Below, piece by piece: positions 51,169 through 60,305 of a stretch of 64,000 nt of DNA. The notes under the pieces are model-generated. The model was not told the DNA's origin and made no database searches. It worked only from the letters and a program-made list of their open reading frames with translations. This DNA is from Trueperaceae bacterium (lineage in GTDB: Bacteria > Deinococcota > Deinococci > Deinococcales > Trueperaceae). The stretch is taken from assembly GCA_034521815.1 (NCBI GenBank), contig JAXHLW010000012.1:96001-160000 (forward strand). Reading direction: 5' to 3'. A program made the position numbers and the translations under genes. Every line of letters starts with the position of its first letter. The first letter of the stretch is position 1.

Positions 51169-52080
51169 TCACGCGTCGCTCCGACGTTCTGCGGCGTGCG
51201 CGCGCAGCGGACGCGCAGCGTCCCCTCTCGCGGTGGTCGAACGGTCCTGGTCCCCTCGGGCGTCGCGCGCGCCGAGACGCCGCGCCAGCTCGGGTACCAG
51301 CGTGCCCAGCCGGGCGTGGCTCCGCACCGTCGCGTCGGCGTCTCCGCGCGTGGCGCCGTCGTTCACGATCGCGATCGGCTTGCCCTGCTCGCGGGCGCGC
51401 CGCACGAAGCGGTAGCCGCTGAAGACGGTCAGCGAGGAGCCGACGACCAGCAGCGCCTCGGCCTGATCCAGCATCGTCCAGGCGCGCTCCAGTCGGTCGC
51501 GCGGAACGTTCTCGCCGAAGAACACGACGTCGGGCTTGAGCACCCCGCCGCAGGCGAGGCAGGGCGGCACCCGGAAGCTGCGCGTCCAGGCGTCGGCGAT
51601 CTCGACGTCGCCGTCCGGAGCGACGTCGCCGTCGCGAACGTGGAATCCGGGATTCGCGGCGCCCAAGCGTTCCTGAAGCGTCGCCCTGGCGCTCCTGGCG
51701 CCGCACGCCAGGCAGATGACGCTGGACAGGCTGCCGTGCAGCTCCAGCACCCGTCGGCTGCCGCCGCGCTGGTGCAGCCCGTCGACGTTCTGCGTCAACA
51801 CCCCGGTCGTGGCTCCGCGTCGTTCCAGCCGGGCCAGCGCCCCGTGCCCGCCGTTGGGGCGGGCCCGCGCCGTGAGCGGCCAGCCGATCGAGCTGCGCGC
51901 CCAGTAGCGCCGCCGCGCCTCTTCGTCACGCACGAACGTCTGGTAGGTCGTGGGGTTCCTGGTGCGGCTCGTCGGGCCGCGGTAGTCGGGAATGCCGGAG
52001 TCGGTGCTGATGCCGGCGCCCGACAGGACCAGCGTCCGCCGGGTCGCCAGCAGGTCCGTCAGGGCGTCTACGTCGGTCAC
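51169..52080 (-). CDS. NAD-dependent protein deacylase (sirtuin, class II/SIRT4-like)
   Basis: GAGISTDSGIPDYRG, TQNVDGLH, two CxxC, KPDVVFFGE, GSSL; TACGCT 6 nt before the GTG. Confidence 0.92.
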   Translation of the reverse strand: MTDVDALTDLLATRRTLVLSGAGISTDSGIPDYRGPTSRTRNPTTYQTFVRDEEARRRYWARSSIGWPLTARARPNGGHGALARLERRGATTGVLTQNVDGLHQRGGSRRVLELHGSLSSVICLACGARSARATLQERLGAANPGFHVRDGDVAPDGDVEIADAWTRSFRVPPCLACGGVLKPDVVFFGENVPRDRLERAWTMLDQAEALLVVGSSLTVFSGYRFVRRAREQGKPIAIVNDGATRGDADATVRSHARLGTLVPELARRLGARDARGDQDRSTTARGDAARPLRAHAAERRSDA

Positions 52081-52153
52081 GGGGGCAGCGTACCGATCGA
52101 CACGGTCCGTCGCGGGACCCGGGGGCACGATTGCGGGCCGCAGGCGACGACCG

Positions 52154-52990
52154 TCAGGGAGCCCGGTACGCCTCGAGCTCGACCAAGCCGGTGTTGCCGC
52201 CGGTCGAGTCGACGACCTCCAGGCGGAACGCCGACGTCGTCGCGTCGACCTCGAAGCGGTGCAGCCCGTTCGCGTCAGGCAGCTCGAACGGACCGAACGT
52301 AGCGCCGTCGTCGGTTCGGATCACGAACCGCTCGATGCGCGCGCTGGTCGCCATGGTGCGGGTCCACACGCCCACGCCGGACAGGCGCGTCGATCCGGGC
52401 AAGCCGATCTCGAGCCAGGCGTCGTCGCCGTCGCCGCGCGACGACCACTCGCTGCCGCCGTCGCCGTCGACGGCGTTCTCGGCCGCGAAGCCGCTTGCGA
52501 AGGTGCTGCTGGCCGCCAGCGCCTGGAGGCCCTCGACGCGGGGCCCGAAGCGCTCGTCGGCCTGCTCGGGCGGGGTCCGGAACGCCTGCACCTCGGAGGC
52601 CAGCAGGCGACCGTCGGGAGCGCTTCCTTGCAGTCGGAACAGGTACTCGGTGTCCGGCTCGAGGTCCGTCAGAATCACGCGATGGTCCTGGTGGGCGCCG
52701 GCGCCCATCTGCTGATCCAGGGCCAGACCTCCGAAGCCGTCGTCCGGTCCGAACACGACGGCGCACGCCAGGTCGATCGTCGTCGTCACCTCGAGCACGG
52801 CCGAGCGAGGACCCACCTCGGCCATCGCCAGCGGAGCTGACAGGAACGGCTCGACCGGCTCGACGGTGGGGAGCGGGGCGTCCTGGGCGAGCGCTGTGGA
52901 GAGCGCCGAGACGGAGGCCAGCGCCACCATCAGCGAGGCGAGAACGGCCGCGAGGCGGGTGGTGGACGGGCTGAACGGGGATACAGGCAT
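52154..52990 (-). CDS. Secreted FN3-like plus discoidin (F5/8 type C) domain protein
   Basis: Signal peptide; LTDLEPDTEYLFRL; ASS...ENAVDGD..EWSS...WLEI. Confidence 0.7.
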   Translation of the reverse strand: MPVSPFSPSTTRLAAVLASLMVALASVSALSTALAQDAPLPTVEPVEPFLSAPLAMAEVGPRSAVLEVTTTIDLACAVVFGPDDGFGGLALDQQMGAGAHQDHRVILTDLEPDTEYLFRLQGSAPDGRLLASEVQAFRTPPEQADERFGPRVEGLQALAASSTFASGFAAENAVDGDGGSEWSSRGDGDDAWLEIGLPGSTRLSGVGVWTRTMATSARIERFVIRTDDGATFGPFELPDANGLHRFEVDATTSAFRLEVVDSTGGNTGLVELEAYRAP

Positions 52991-53094
52991 GCTCTCAGCG
53001 TGCCCCCGGCCGCATCGGCCGTCGGTCGTCTTGGCGACGCGCCCGCCCGGCGCACGCGCGGCGGCTCGCGCACGGGTGCGCGTCCGTACAGCCT

Positions 53095-53901
53095 TCAGCC
53101 CAGCGCGACGTCCAGCGACAGCATGACGGCGAGGCCGACCATCGTGCCCAGCGTCGCGACGCGCTCGTGGCCACGAGCGTGCGTCTCGGGAACGATCTCG
53201 TCGAGGATCACGTACAGCATCGCGCCGGCGGCGAAGCCCATCGCGTACGGCAGGGCGGGCTGGGCGATGGTGACCGCCCAGGCGCCGAACACGGCGAGGG
53301 GAATCTCGACGGCGCCGGCGCGGGCGCCGACGAACGCGGCGTACCAGAGCCCACCCAGTCCGGCGTTGCGCGCGGCGATGGCGACGGCGAACCCCTCGGG
53401 AACGTTCTGCAGGCCGATGGCCAGCATCAGCGCCACCGCCTCGGGGATGCGCCCCGAGCCGAACCCCACGCCCACCGCGAGGCCCTCGGGCATGTTGTGG
53501 AGGGTGATCGCGACGATGAACAGGATCACCGAGGCCATGCGGCCTTGACCGCCGGGCGCCGCGTCGTCCCGCCGTCGTCCGGTCACCAGCACGTGCACGT
53601 GCGGCACCCAGGCGTCCGCGCGGTCCAGGAACGCCACGCCCAGCGCGATACCGATGATCACCGGGACCAGGCCGCCGATCTCGATGCCGGGCAGGATCAA
53701 GCTCGTGAAGCTGGCCGCCAGCATCACGCCCGCCGCGAAGCCCAGCGCCGCGTCCAGCTGGCGCGACGTCGGGTTGCGCCACGGCACGATCGCCAGGGCG
53801 CCGATCAGGTTGAAGGTGGTGATGACGATGCCGGCCAGCAGGCCGAGCAGCACCGGGTGGGTGCCGAGGTTCGCGGTGATCCAGCTCTCGAGTCCGGTCA
53901 C
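53095..53901 (-). CDS. ZIP family divalent metal transporter (GufA-like)
   Basis: LHNMPEGLAVG, LQNVPEG, PHVH loop, EIVPETH. Confidence 0.92.
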   Translation of the reverse strand: MTGLESWITANLGTHPVLLGLLAGIVITTFNLIGALAIVPWRNPTSRQLDAALGFAAGVMLAASFTSLILPGIEIGGLVPVIIGIALGVAFLDRADAWVPHVHVLVTGRRRDDAAPGGQGRMASVILFIVAITLHNMPEGLAVGVGFGSGRIPEAVALMLAIGLQNVPEGFAVAIAARNAGLGGLWYAAFVGARAGAVEIPLAVFGAWAVTIAQPALPYAMGFAAGAMLYVILDEIVPETHARGHERVATLGTMVGLAVMLSLDVALG

Positions 53902-53914
53902 GTCTCGAGTCCGG

Positions 53915-54616
53915 TCACGGCAGCTGGTCGCGCAGGCGAGCGCTGGGCAGCGGCTCGCCACGGACGCGCTCCGCGAGGTCGCGCGACAGGGCGCAGGCGC
54001 GCCCGTCGACCTCGAGCTGGACGATCCCGCCCAGCGGCTCGCGGCCGGTGACGCGCACCGTGGCGCCGGGCTCGATGCCCAGCGAGGCGAGGTGCTCCAG
54101 CACGGCGCCGTCCTGGCTCAGCAGCCGCGCGACGCGCAGCTGGGCGCCACGCTCGACGTCCGTGAGCGGGTCGTCCGGCGTCGGGGGGACGGTGCCGTCG
54201 GCCCGGGGAATCGGGTCGCCGTGAGGATCGTGGCTGGGGTGGCCGAGGAGGTCGGCGAGGCGCTCCGCGAAGCGGTCGCTGACGGCGTGCTCCAACGCTT
54301 CCGCCTCGTCGTGGACCTCGTCCCAGCGGTAGCCGAGGTCGCGGATCATGAACGTCTCGATCAGCCTGTGCCGGCGGATCAGCCGGAGCGCCTCGTGGCG
54401 GCCGGTCTCGGTCAGCGTGGCGCCGCGATAGCGGACGTGCTCGACCAGGCCGGCCTCGTCCAGGCGCGCCAGCATGCCCGACACCGAGGCGGGGGTGAAG
54501 CCCAGCCGTCCGGCGATCGCGTTGGTGGACGCCTTGCCTTCGCGGGTGAGGCTCCAGATCGCCTTGAGGTAGTCGCCGGCGGCGTCACTGACGGGGGCGG
54601 AAAGCGGTTTCGCCAT
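53915..54616 (-). CDS. DtxR/MntR family metal-dependent repressor with FeoA domain
   Basis: DYLKAIW, RRHRLIE, VHDEAEALEH, DPHGDPIP. Confidence 0.93.
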   Translation of the reverse strand: MAKPLSAPVSDAAGDYLKAIWSLTREGKASTNAIAGRLGFTPASVSGMLARLDEAGLVEHVRYRGATLTETGRHEALRLIRRHRLIETFMIRDLGYRWDEVHDEAEALEHAVSDRFAERLADLLGHPSHDPHGDPIPRADGTVPPTPDDPLTDVERGAQLRVARLLSQDGAVLEHLASLGIEPGATVRVTGREPLGGIVQLEVDGRACALSRDLAERVRGEPLPSARLRDQLP

Positions 54617-54701
54617 GACGAAACTCAGTTTACGCCCGGCCATAGCGGTCGTCAATCGCCGACGTCCGCGGGCTCGATGTCCGCCTAGGCGGCGGCCTCC
54701 G

Positions 54702-56192
54702 CTACTGCCCTTGCGCCTGCGAGAAGCCCTGCTCGCCGTCGAACGTGTACAGGTTCTCCGTCTTGATCACGTCCACGCCGGCGTCCACCAGCCGCGCCAA
54801 CAGGTCGACCACCGCGCGAGCGGCGACCGGTCCGCCGTCCGCCGCCAGGAAGCGGCAGCGCCAGTGGTCGGTCTTGAACGTCTCGGGCAGCCCCTCGGGC
54901 CACACCTTCACGCCGCGGTTCGTGATCACCGTCAGCTCGAACGGTCCCTGGTGGGGCGTCAGCATGCCGGCCAGCACCTCGGGTGCGCGGTCCGCCTCGC
55001 GCCAGTCCGCGAACACGTCGACCCCCAGGAGCTCCTTGCGCTGCGGGACGCGCGGCGTGGCGGTCGGCACCTTCGGTACCGGGCGTCCCGCGTAGCGCGC
55101 AGGCGTCAGGTGGCGCGGCTCCTCGCCCAGGCGCTCCACGACCGCCTCGGTGAAGCCGACCGTGTTCACGCGCTCCTTGGTGGTGCCCTCGCGGTAGATG
55201 TCGCCGGTGTGCACGCCCGCCTCGAGGGTCGAGAGCCAGGCGTTGTGGACCCGCTCGGCCACCTCGTTCTGCCCCAGGTGCTGCAGCATCAGCACGCCGG
55301 CCAGCAGCAGCCCCGACGGGTTCGCGATGCCGCGGCCCGCGATGTCGGGCGCCGAGCCGTGGATCGCCTCGAACAGCGAGACGTGCTCCCCGACGTTCGC
55401 GGACGGCGCCAGCCCGACCGAGCCGGTCAGCTGGGCGGTGATGTCGCTGACGATGTCGCCGTACAGGTTCGTGGTGACGATGACGTCGAACGCCTCGGGC
55501 GTGTCCGCCAGCCGCGCGGCACCGATGTCGACGATCATCTGATCGTGCTCGATGTCGGGGTACTCCTCGGCGACCTCCTCGAACACGCGCGCGAAGAGGC
55601 CGTCGGTGAGCTTCATGATGTTGTCCTTCACCAGCGCCGTCACCTTGGCGCGGCCCTGCGCGCGCGCCTCCTCGAACGCGAAGCGCACGATCTTCTCGCT
55701 GCCGGGCCGGCTGATCAGCTTCAGGCACTGCACCACCTCGTCGGTCTGGCGGTGCTCGATGCCGGCGTAGAGATCCTCCTCGTTCTCGCGGATCACCAGC
55801 ACGTCCATGGTCGGATGGCGGGTGTCGACGAACGGGTGGTACGCCACGGCCGGACGCACGTTCGCGAACAGCCCCAGGCTCTTGCGCAGCGTCACGTTCA
55901 GGCTCTTGTAGCCGCCACCGCGCGGCGTGGTGATCGGTGCCTTGAGCAGCACCCCGCGGTCCTGCAGGACGTCCCAGGCCGAAGGATCGATGCCCGAGGG
56001 CACGCCCGCTTCGTACACCGACTTGCCCAGCCGGACCTCGGCGATGTCGAGGTCCGCGCCGGCCGCCTCCAGGATCTGCAGCGTCGCGGTCATGATCTCG
56101 GGGCCGATCCCGTCGCCTCGGGCGACGGCGATGCGGGTTCGAACGGGGGTCGTGGTCGGACTCGTGGTCGACTTCGGGGTCGGATCGGACAT
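54702..56192 (-). CDS. icd: NADP-dependent isocitrate dehydrogenase (long Thermus/Rickettsia type)
   Basis: GDGIGPEI, KAPITTP.GGGYKSLNVTLRK, RENEEDLY, KDNIMK, HGSAPDIAG, ITNRGVKVWP. Confidence 0.95.
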   Translation of the reverse strand: MSDPTPKSTTSPTTTPVRTRIAVARGDGIGPEIMTATLQILEAAGADLDIAEVRLGKSVYEAGVPSGIDPSAWDVLQDRGVLLKAPITTPRGGGYKSLNVTLRKSLGLFANVRPAVAYHPFVDTRHPTMDVLVIRENEEDLYAGIEHRQTDEVVQCLKLISRPGSEKIVRFAFEEARAQGRAKVTALVKDNIMKLTDGLFARVFEEVAEEYPDIEHDQMIVDIGAARLADTPEAFDVIVTTNLYGDIVSDITAQLTGSVGLAPSANVGEHVSLFEAIHGSAPDIAGRGIANPSGLLLAGVLMLQHLGQNEVAERVHNAWLSTLEAGVHTGDIYREGTTKERVNTVGFTEAVVERLGEEPRHLTPARYAGRPVPKVPTATPRVPQRKELLGVDVFADWREADRAPEVLAGMLTPHQGPFELTVITNRGVKVWPEGLPETFKTDHWRCRFLAADGGPVAARAVVDLLARLVDAGVDVIKTENLYTFDGEQGFSQAQGQ

Positions 56193-56295
56193 GGGCGCCT
56201 CCCAGCGAACGGTCGCGTTCAGCGACCGCGAGGTGTCGCGTCAAGATACAAGAAGCGCGGCCGCGACGCCGTGCCGCCCGGACCGCGCGCGTCGG

Positions 56296-56685
56296 TCAGC
56301 GACCGGCCGCCCAGCCTGCCAGCACCGCGACGCCAGCCAGGATCAAGGTGCCGGCCAGGTACAGCAGGCCCTGGCCCGGGCGCCCGTGCGTCAGAAGACC
56401 GTGCGCGTCCAGTCCGAACGTCGAGAAGGTCGTCAGCGCGCCCAACAGGCCGGTCCCCAGGAACAGCCGCACGGTCGGGCTGACCACGCCGCGGGACGCG
56501 TCCGCCGACAGGAGCCAGGCCAGCGCGAACGTGCCGACCACGTTCACGATCACGGTGCCGATCGGGAAGCCGGCCCAGGCGCCCTGACCGGTCAGGCGCA
56601 GCGCGGTCACCGACACCGCCCAACGCAGCACCGCGCCCACGGCACCGCCCGCGGCGACGGCGCCCACGGCCCCCAGCGTCGTCAC
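56296..56685 (-). CDS. crcB: Fluoride efflux channel Fluc/CrcB
   Basis: GGAVGAVLR, FPIGT..VN, GLLGALTTFSTF. Confidence 0.9.
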   Translation of the reverse strand: MTTLGAVGAVAAGGAVGAVLRWAVSVTALRLTGQGAWAGFPIGTVIVNVVGTFALAWLLSADASRGVVSPTVRLFLGTGLLGALTTFSTFGLDAHGLLTHGRPGQGLLYLAGTLILAGVAVLAGWAAGR

Positions 56686-56870
56686 GCGGAGCGCCTCGAC
56701 GGCGAGCGACGCGAGGGACGCGAGGGACGTGAGGGACGCGAGGGACGGTCCAGCGACGTGGCGAGCGAAGGCCGGATCACGCCGTGACGCTAGCATGCGC
56801 TCGCTGGCCGGGCATCGAGCGAGGAACGCCGACCACGGTCGTGCAGGCGCTGGGATCGGTACGATGCGTC

Positions 56871-58454
56871 GTGGCCCAAGGTGCGTCCCTCGAGGCGTTG
56901 CGCGATACGTTCGAACGACAACGGTACGCTGAAGCGCTGCGCGACGCGGAGCGCGCCCTGGACTGGTCGGACGCCTGTTCCGACGAGGTGCGCGAGCTGC
57001 ACCGGATCGCGTTGCGGTCCGCGTTCTACCTGGGCGATACGGAGCTGGCCCAGCGGCACGCGATGGCCGGCCTGCGCGTGGCGCGCGAGCGGAACGACCT
57101 TCCCGCGATGGCTCAGGCGCACAACGACCTCGCCACGCTGTTCGGCGCGGCGATGCTGACCAGCGAGGCGCTCGAACACCTGTGGCAGTCGGTGCACCTG
57201 CGTCAGCGAGCTGGTCAGGAGGTCGACGCCGCCACGCTGAACAACCTCGCGAACGTGTACCTGAGTCTTGGACAGCACGACGAGGCGATCGGTCTGTTGG
57301 ACCGCGCCATCGACCGGTTCCGTGCCCACGGCGACGAGGCGAGCGTGGCGCTGGCGCTGGCCAACTCCGGCCGCGCGCAGGTGCTGGCCGGCCGGGCGTC
57401 GTGGTCGATCGCGCCGCTCGATACCGCTCTCGAGACGTTCGAGCGGCTGGGCCGGCACGGCGACGTCGCGACGACGCTGGCCAAGCTGGGCGTCGCGCAC
57501 GGTGCGGCTGGAACGCCCGAGCGGGCGCGCCACTCGTTCGAGCGTGCGCTGGCCCTGCACGAAGGCGGGCACGCCGCGGTGTTCGCGCGAGAAACGCATC
57601 AGGGCTACGGATCGTGGGCGCTGGAGGCCGGCGAGGCCCCGTTGGCGCTGGAGCAGCTGAGCGCGGCAGCAGCTGCGTACGACGATGCCGACGCGCTCGC
57701 CAGGTCCGGCGTGATGGAGCCGTTGTCGCGCGCGCTCGAGGCGGTCGGTCGTCCTCAGGACGCGCTCGCCGCGTTGCGGCGACACGTCGAGGGGCAGGCC
57801 TCGCTGGCCTCGGCCACCAACGACGCCAGGGTCAGGGTCCGTCTGCTGGAGCTGGAGCTCGGCGTGGCCGGCGAGCAGGAGATCGCCCAGCTGCACGCCC
57901 TGGAGCTCACGCGCACCAACAGGGAGCTGCGAAGCGAAGCCCAGCGGCTGGAACAGCTCAGCCTGACCGACCGCCTGACCGCCCTGCCCAACCGTCGCGA
58001 CCTGGACGCGCGACTGGACGCCGAGGTCGAGCGCTCGCACCGACACGACCGGCCGCTGGTCCTGGCGCTTCTCGATCTCGATCAGTTCAAGGCGGTGAAC
58101 GATCGCTTCAGCCACGACGTCGGGGATCAGGTGCTCGTTCGCGTCGGACGACTGCTGCGCGAGCATCTCCGCGCGAACGACGTCGCGGCGCGTTGGGGCG
58201 GCGAGGAGTTCGCGCTGCTCCTGCCCGAGACCGACATGGACGAGGCGGCGGTGGTGTTGGAGCGTGTGCGATCGGTCGTGGCCGATGCGGACTGGAGCGT
58301 GATCGCCGACGGGTTGAGCGTGACGGTCAGCATCGGAGCGGCGTCGCTCGCGCCGGGGAGCGGTGCCGCCGACATGCTGCGACAGGCCGATCGGCGGCTC
58401 TACGCGGCCAAGGACGCGGGTCGCGACCGGATCGTCGCGAACGCGCCCACCTGA
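56871..58454 (+). CDS. TPR-GGDEF diguanylate cyclase
   Basis: TPR repeats (ATLNNLANVY); TDRLTALPNRR, RAND I-site, GGEEF; TACGAT 5 nt before the GTG. Confidence 0.9.
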   Translation: MAQGASLEALRDTFERQRYAEALRDAERALDWSDACSDEVRELHRIALRSAFYLGDTELAQRHAMAGLRVARERNDLPAMAQAHNDLATLFGAAMLTSEALEHLWQSVHLRQRAGQEVDAATLNNLANVYLSLGQHDEAIGLLDRAIDRFRAHGDEASVALALANSGRAQVLAGRASWSIAPLDTALETFERLGRHGDVATTLAKLGVAHGAAGTPERARHSFERALALHEGGHAAVFARETHQGYGSWALEAGEAPLALEQLSAAAAAYDDADALARSGVMEPLSRALEAVGRPQDALAALRRHVEGQASLASATNDARVRVRLLELELGVAGEQEIAQLHALELTRTNRELRSEAQRLEQLSLTDRLTALPNRRDLDARLDAEVERSHRHDRPLVLALLDLDQFKAVNDRFSHDVGDQVLVRVGRLLREHLRANDVAARWGGEEFALLLPETDMDEAAVVLERVRSVVADADWSVIADGLSVTVSIGAASLAPGSGAADMLRQADRRLYAAKDAGRDRIVANAPT

Positions 58455-58514
58455 ACGGTCCGCACGGTCGCCCAGGGCAGCACCGAGCCTCCACGCGGAG
58501 CGCCGACCGGGCAG

Positions 58515-59480
58515 CTACAGCTCGACGGCCCGCGTTCCGGTGTCGACCGTGCGGATCGGCACCTCGCGCAGGTCGGACAGCGCCTCCCGGACCGCGTCCT
58601 GCTGCCCGTCCGGACAGACGACCACGACGAACGCGCTGATCTTCCCGCCCGGCAGCTGCGCCTCCGCGCCGGTCGCGCGGACGCGGGCGACGACCTCCTC
58701 GACCTCGGCGTCCACGAACCGCCCGGGAAGGCGCTGCTTGAGCCGCTGCTGCTCCCCCACGCAGCGCGCGACGCCCGCCAGGTCGCCGCGGGCGAACGCG
58801 CCGGCCAGCTCGGCGACCAGGGCGCGCACGTCGTGCAGGATCGGCAGCGCCTCCTCGAGGTGGCTGGTCAGCAGGTCCAGCGACGGCTTGCTCTTCTGGT
58901 GCCGCCCCGAGTAGAACAGCAGCAGGCCGTCCTCGAACGCCTCGCGCGCGCCGGGCGCCAGCTCCAGCCCCACGTCCCGAACGCCGCTGCCGTCGTACGC
59001 CAAGCGTCGCAGGCCGCCCAGCGCGCAGATCGCCGGATCGTGGTAGCCCGAGGCGCCGGCCAGCATCTCGACCTCGACGCGCGCCGCGTCGCGGAGAAGC
59101 TCCCAGGCGTCGGGCCGCTGACCCTGGAGCCGACGCAGGGCGTGGAGGATCGAGACGGTGAGGGCCCCGCTGGTGCCCAGGCCGCTCTCGCCGGCGAGGT
59201 CCACCCGGAAGTCGACGTCGAGAGGCCGGTCCGCCAGGCCCGTCAGGCGCAGCGACTCGCGCAGCAGGTCGTGTCGCAGCCGCCCCGCGGCGGCCGTCTG
59301 CTCGTGGGTGTCGCGGTAGCGAACGTCGTACCTGCCGTCCAGGTCGTCCTTGACAGTGACGTAGACGTGCTTGTCGATGGTGACGCTGAGCGTCTCGCCG
59401 CCGAACCGGCGGGCGTACGGCGCGAGGTCGGTCAGGCCGCCCGCCAGGGGAATCCGCAGCGGGGTCTTGGCGACGATCAT
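58515..59480 (-). CDS. GHMP family sugar kinase (HddA-like)
   Basis: TPLRIPLAGGLTD, SGLGTSG, GYHD, LFYSG. Confidence 0.8.
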   Translation of the reverse strand: MIVAKTPLRIPLAGGLTDLAPYARRFGGETLSVTIDKHVYVTVKDDLDGRYDVRYRDTHEQTAAAGRLRHDLLRESLRLTGLADRPLDVDFRVDLAGESGLGTSGALTVSILHALRRLQGQRPDAWELLRDAARVEVEMLAGASGYHDPAICALGGLRRLAYDGSGVRDVGLELAPGAREAFEDGLLLFYSGRHQKSKPSLDLLTSHLEEALPILHDVRALVAELAGAFARGDLAGVARCVGEQQRLKQRLPGRFVDAEVEEVVARVRATGAEAQLPGGKISAFVVVVCPDGQQDAVREALSDLREVPIRTVDTGTRAVEL

Positions 59481-60232
59481 GGCGTGCCTTCCATGCCGGT
59501 CCGGACCGGCGGCAGGTCGTGGAGCTCGCGCACGCGCGCCTCGACCCGGGCCAGGTTCTCCTCGGCGCTGGGCGCCGTGCCGCCGAGGTGCAGCCACTCG
59601 TCCGCGTCGACGTAGCCGACTAGAAGGCCGGCCTCGATCATGCGCTGCAGGTTGGGCAGCATCCGGATCTCGCCGTTCGCGGCGACGTCCGTCATGCCCG
59701 CCATCGCGCCTGGCGCCAGCTTCCAGGCGCCGACGTCGAAGCGCTCGCCGTGGCCCTCGAACGCGCGCGTCACCCGGTCGCCCTGCACGTCGACACGCAC
59801 CGTCGGGTTCTCGTTCGGATGGCCGGGCGCCAGCGTGAGGACGGAGTCGGCGGGGTGCGCGGCGAGGTCCCGGAACCGCTGGGCCGACACGTACCCGTCC
59901 GCGAGCCAGCACAGCGTGGGCTCGCTGGGCGGATCGGCCGCGTGCGCCAGCGCCAGCGCGTGGCCGGTGCCGCGCGGGTCCGGCTGCTCCAGGTAGCGGA
60001 CCTGAAGTCCGTCGACCGCCGCGCCGAAGTAGGCGCGGACCTGCTCGCCGTGGTGACCCACGATGATGGTCAGCAGGTCGCGGCCGGGGCGGACCGCCTC
60101 GCTCTGCAGCAGGTTCTCGACCGAGAACGCCAGGAACGGCCGCAGGCCGACGGGGTACAGGCACTTCTGCAGGTAGTCGCCCAGTCGCCCGAAGCGGGTG
60201 CCCTTGCCGGCGGCCAGGCAGAGCGCGTTCAC
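59477..60232 (-). CDS. Sugar-phosphate nucleotidyltransferase
   Basis: LAAGKGTRF...QKCL, EQPDPRGTGHAL. Confidence 0.8.
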   Translation of the reverse strand: MNALCLAAGKGTRFGRLGDYLQKCLYPVGLRPFLAFSVENLLQSEAVRPGRDLLTIIVGHHGEQVRAYFGAAVDGLQVRYLEQPDPRGTGHALALAHAADPPSEPTLCWLADGYVSAQRFRDLAAHPADSVLTLAPGHPNENPTVRVDVQGDRVTRAFEGHGERFDVGAWKLAPGAMAGMTDVAANGEIRMLPNLQRMIEAGLLVGYVDADEWLHLGGTAPSAEENLARVEARVRELHDLPPVRTGMEGTP

Positions 60233-60305
60233 CCCGTCGCCTCGATCCGCCCGCGGCGACCCGTCCGCGGGCGGTCGCGCCTACGGGCGGGTCGCGCGCC
60301 GACGG

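Noticed and set aside
51169-52080. Sirtuin as an anti-phage SIR2 defence gene
   Set aside because: It is a canonical zinc-binding housekeeping deacylase with no defence partners nearby.
56690-56800. Fluoride riboswitch upstream of crcB
   Set aside because: The GGCGATGG...GCTGATGAC consensus was not seen by eye; a covariance search is needed to exclude it.
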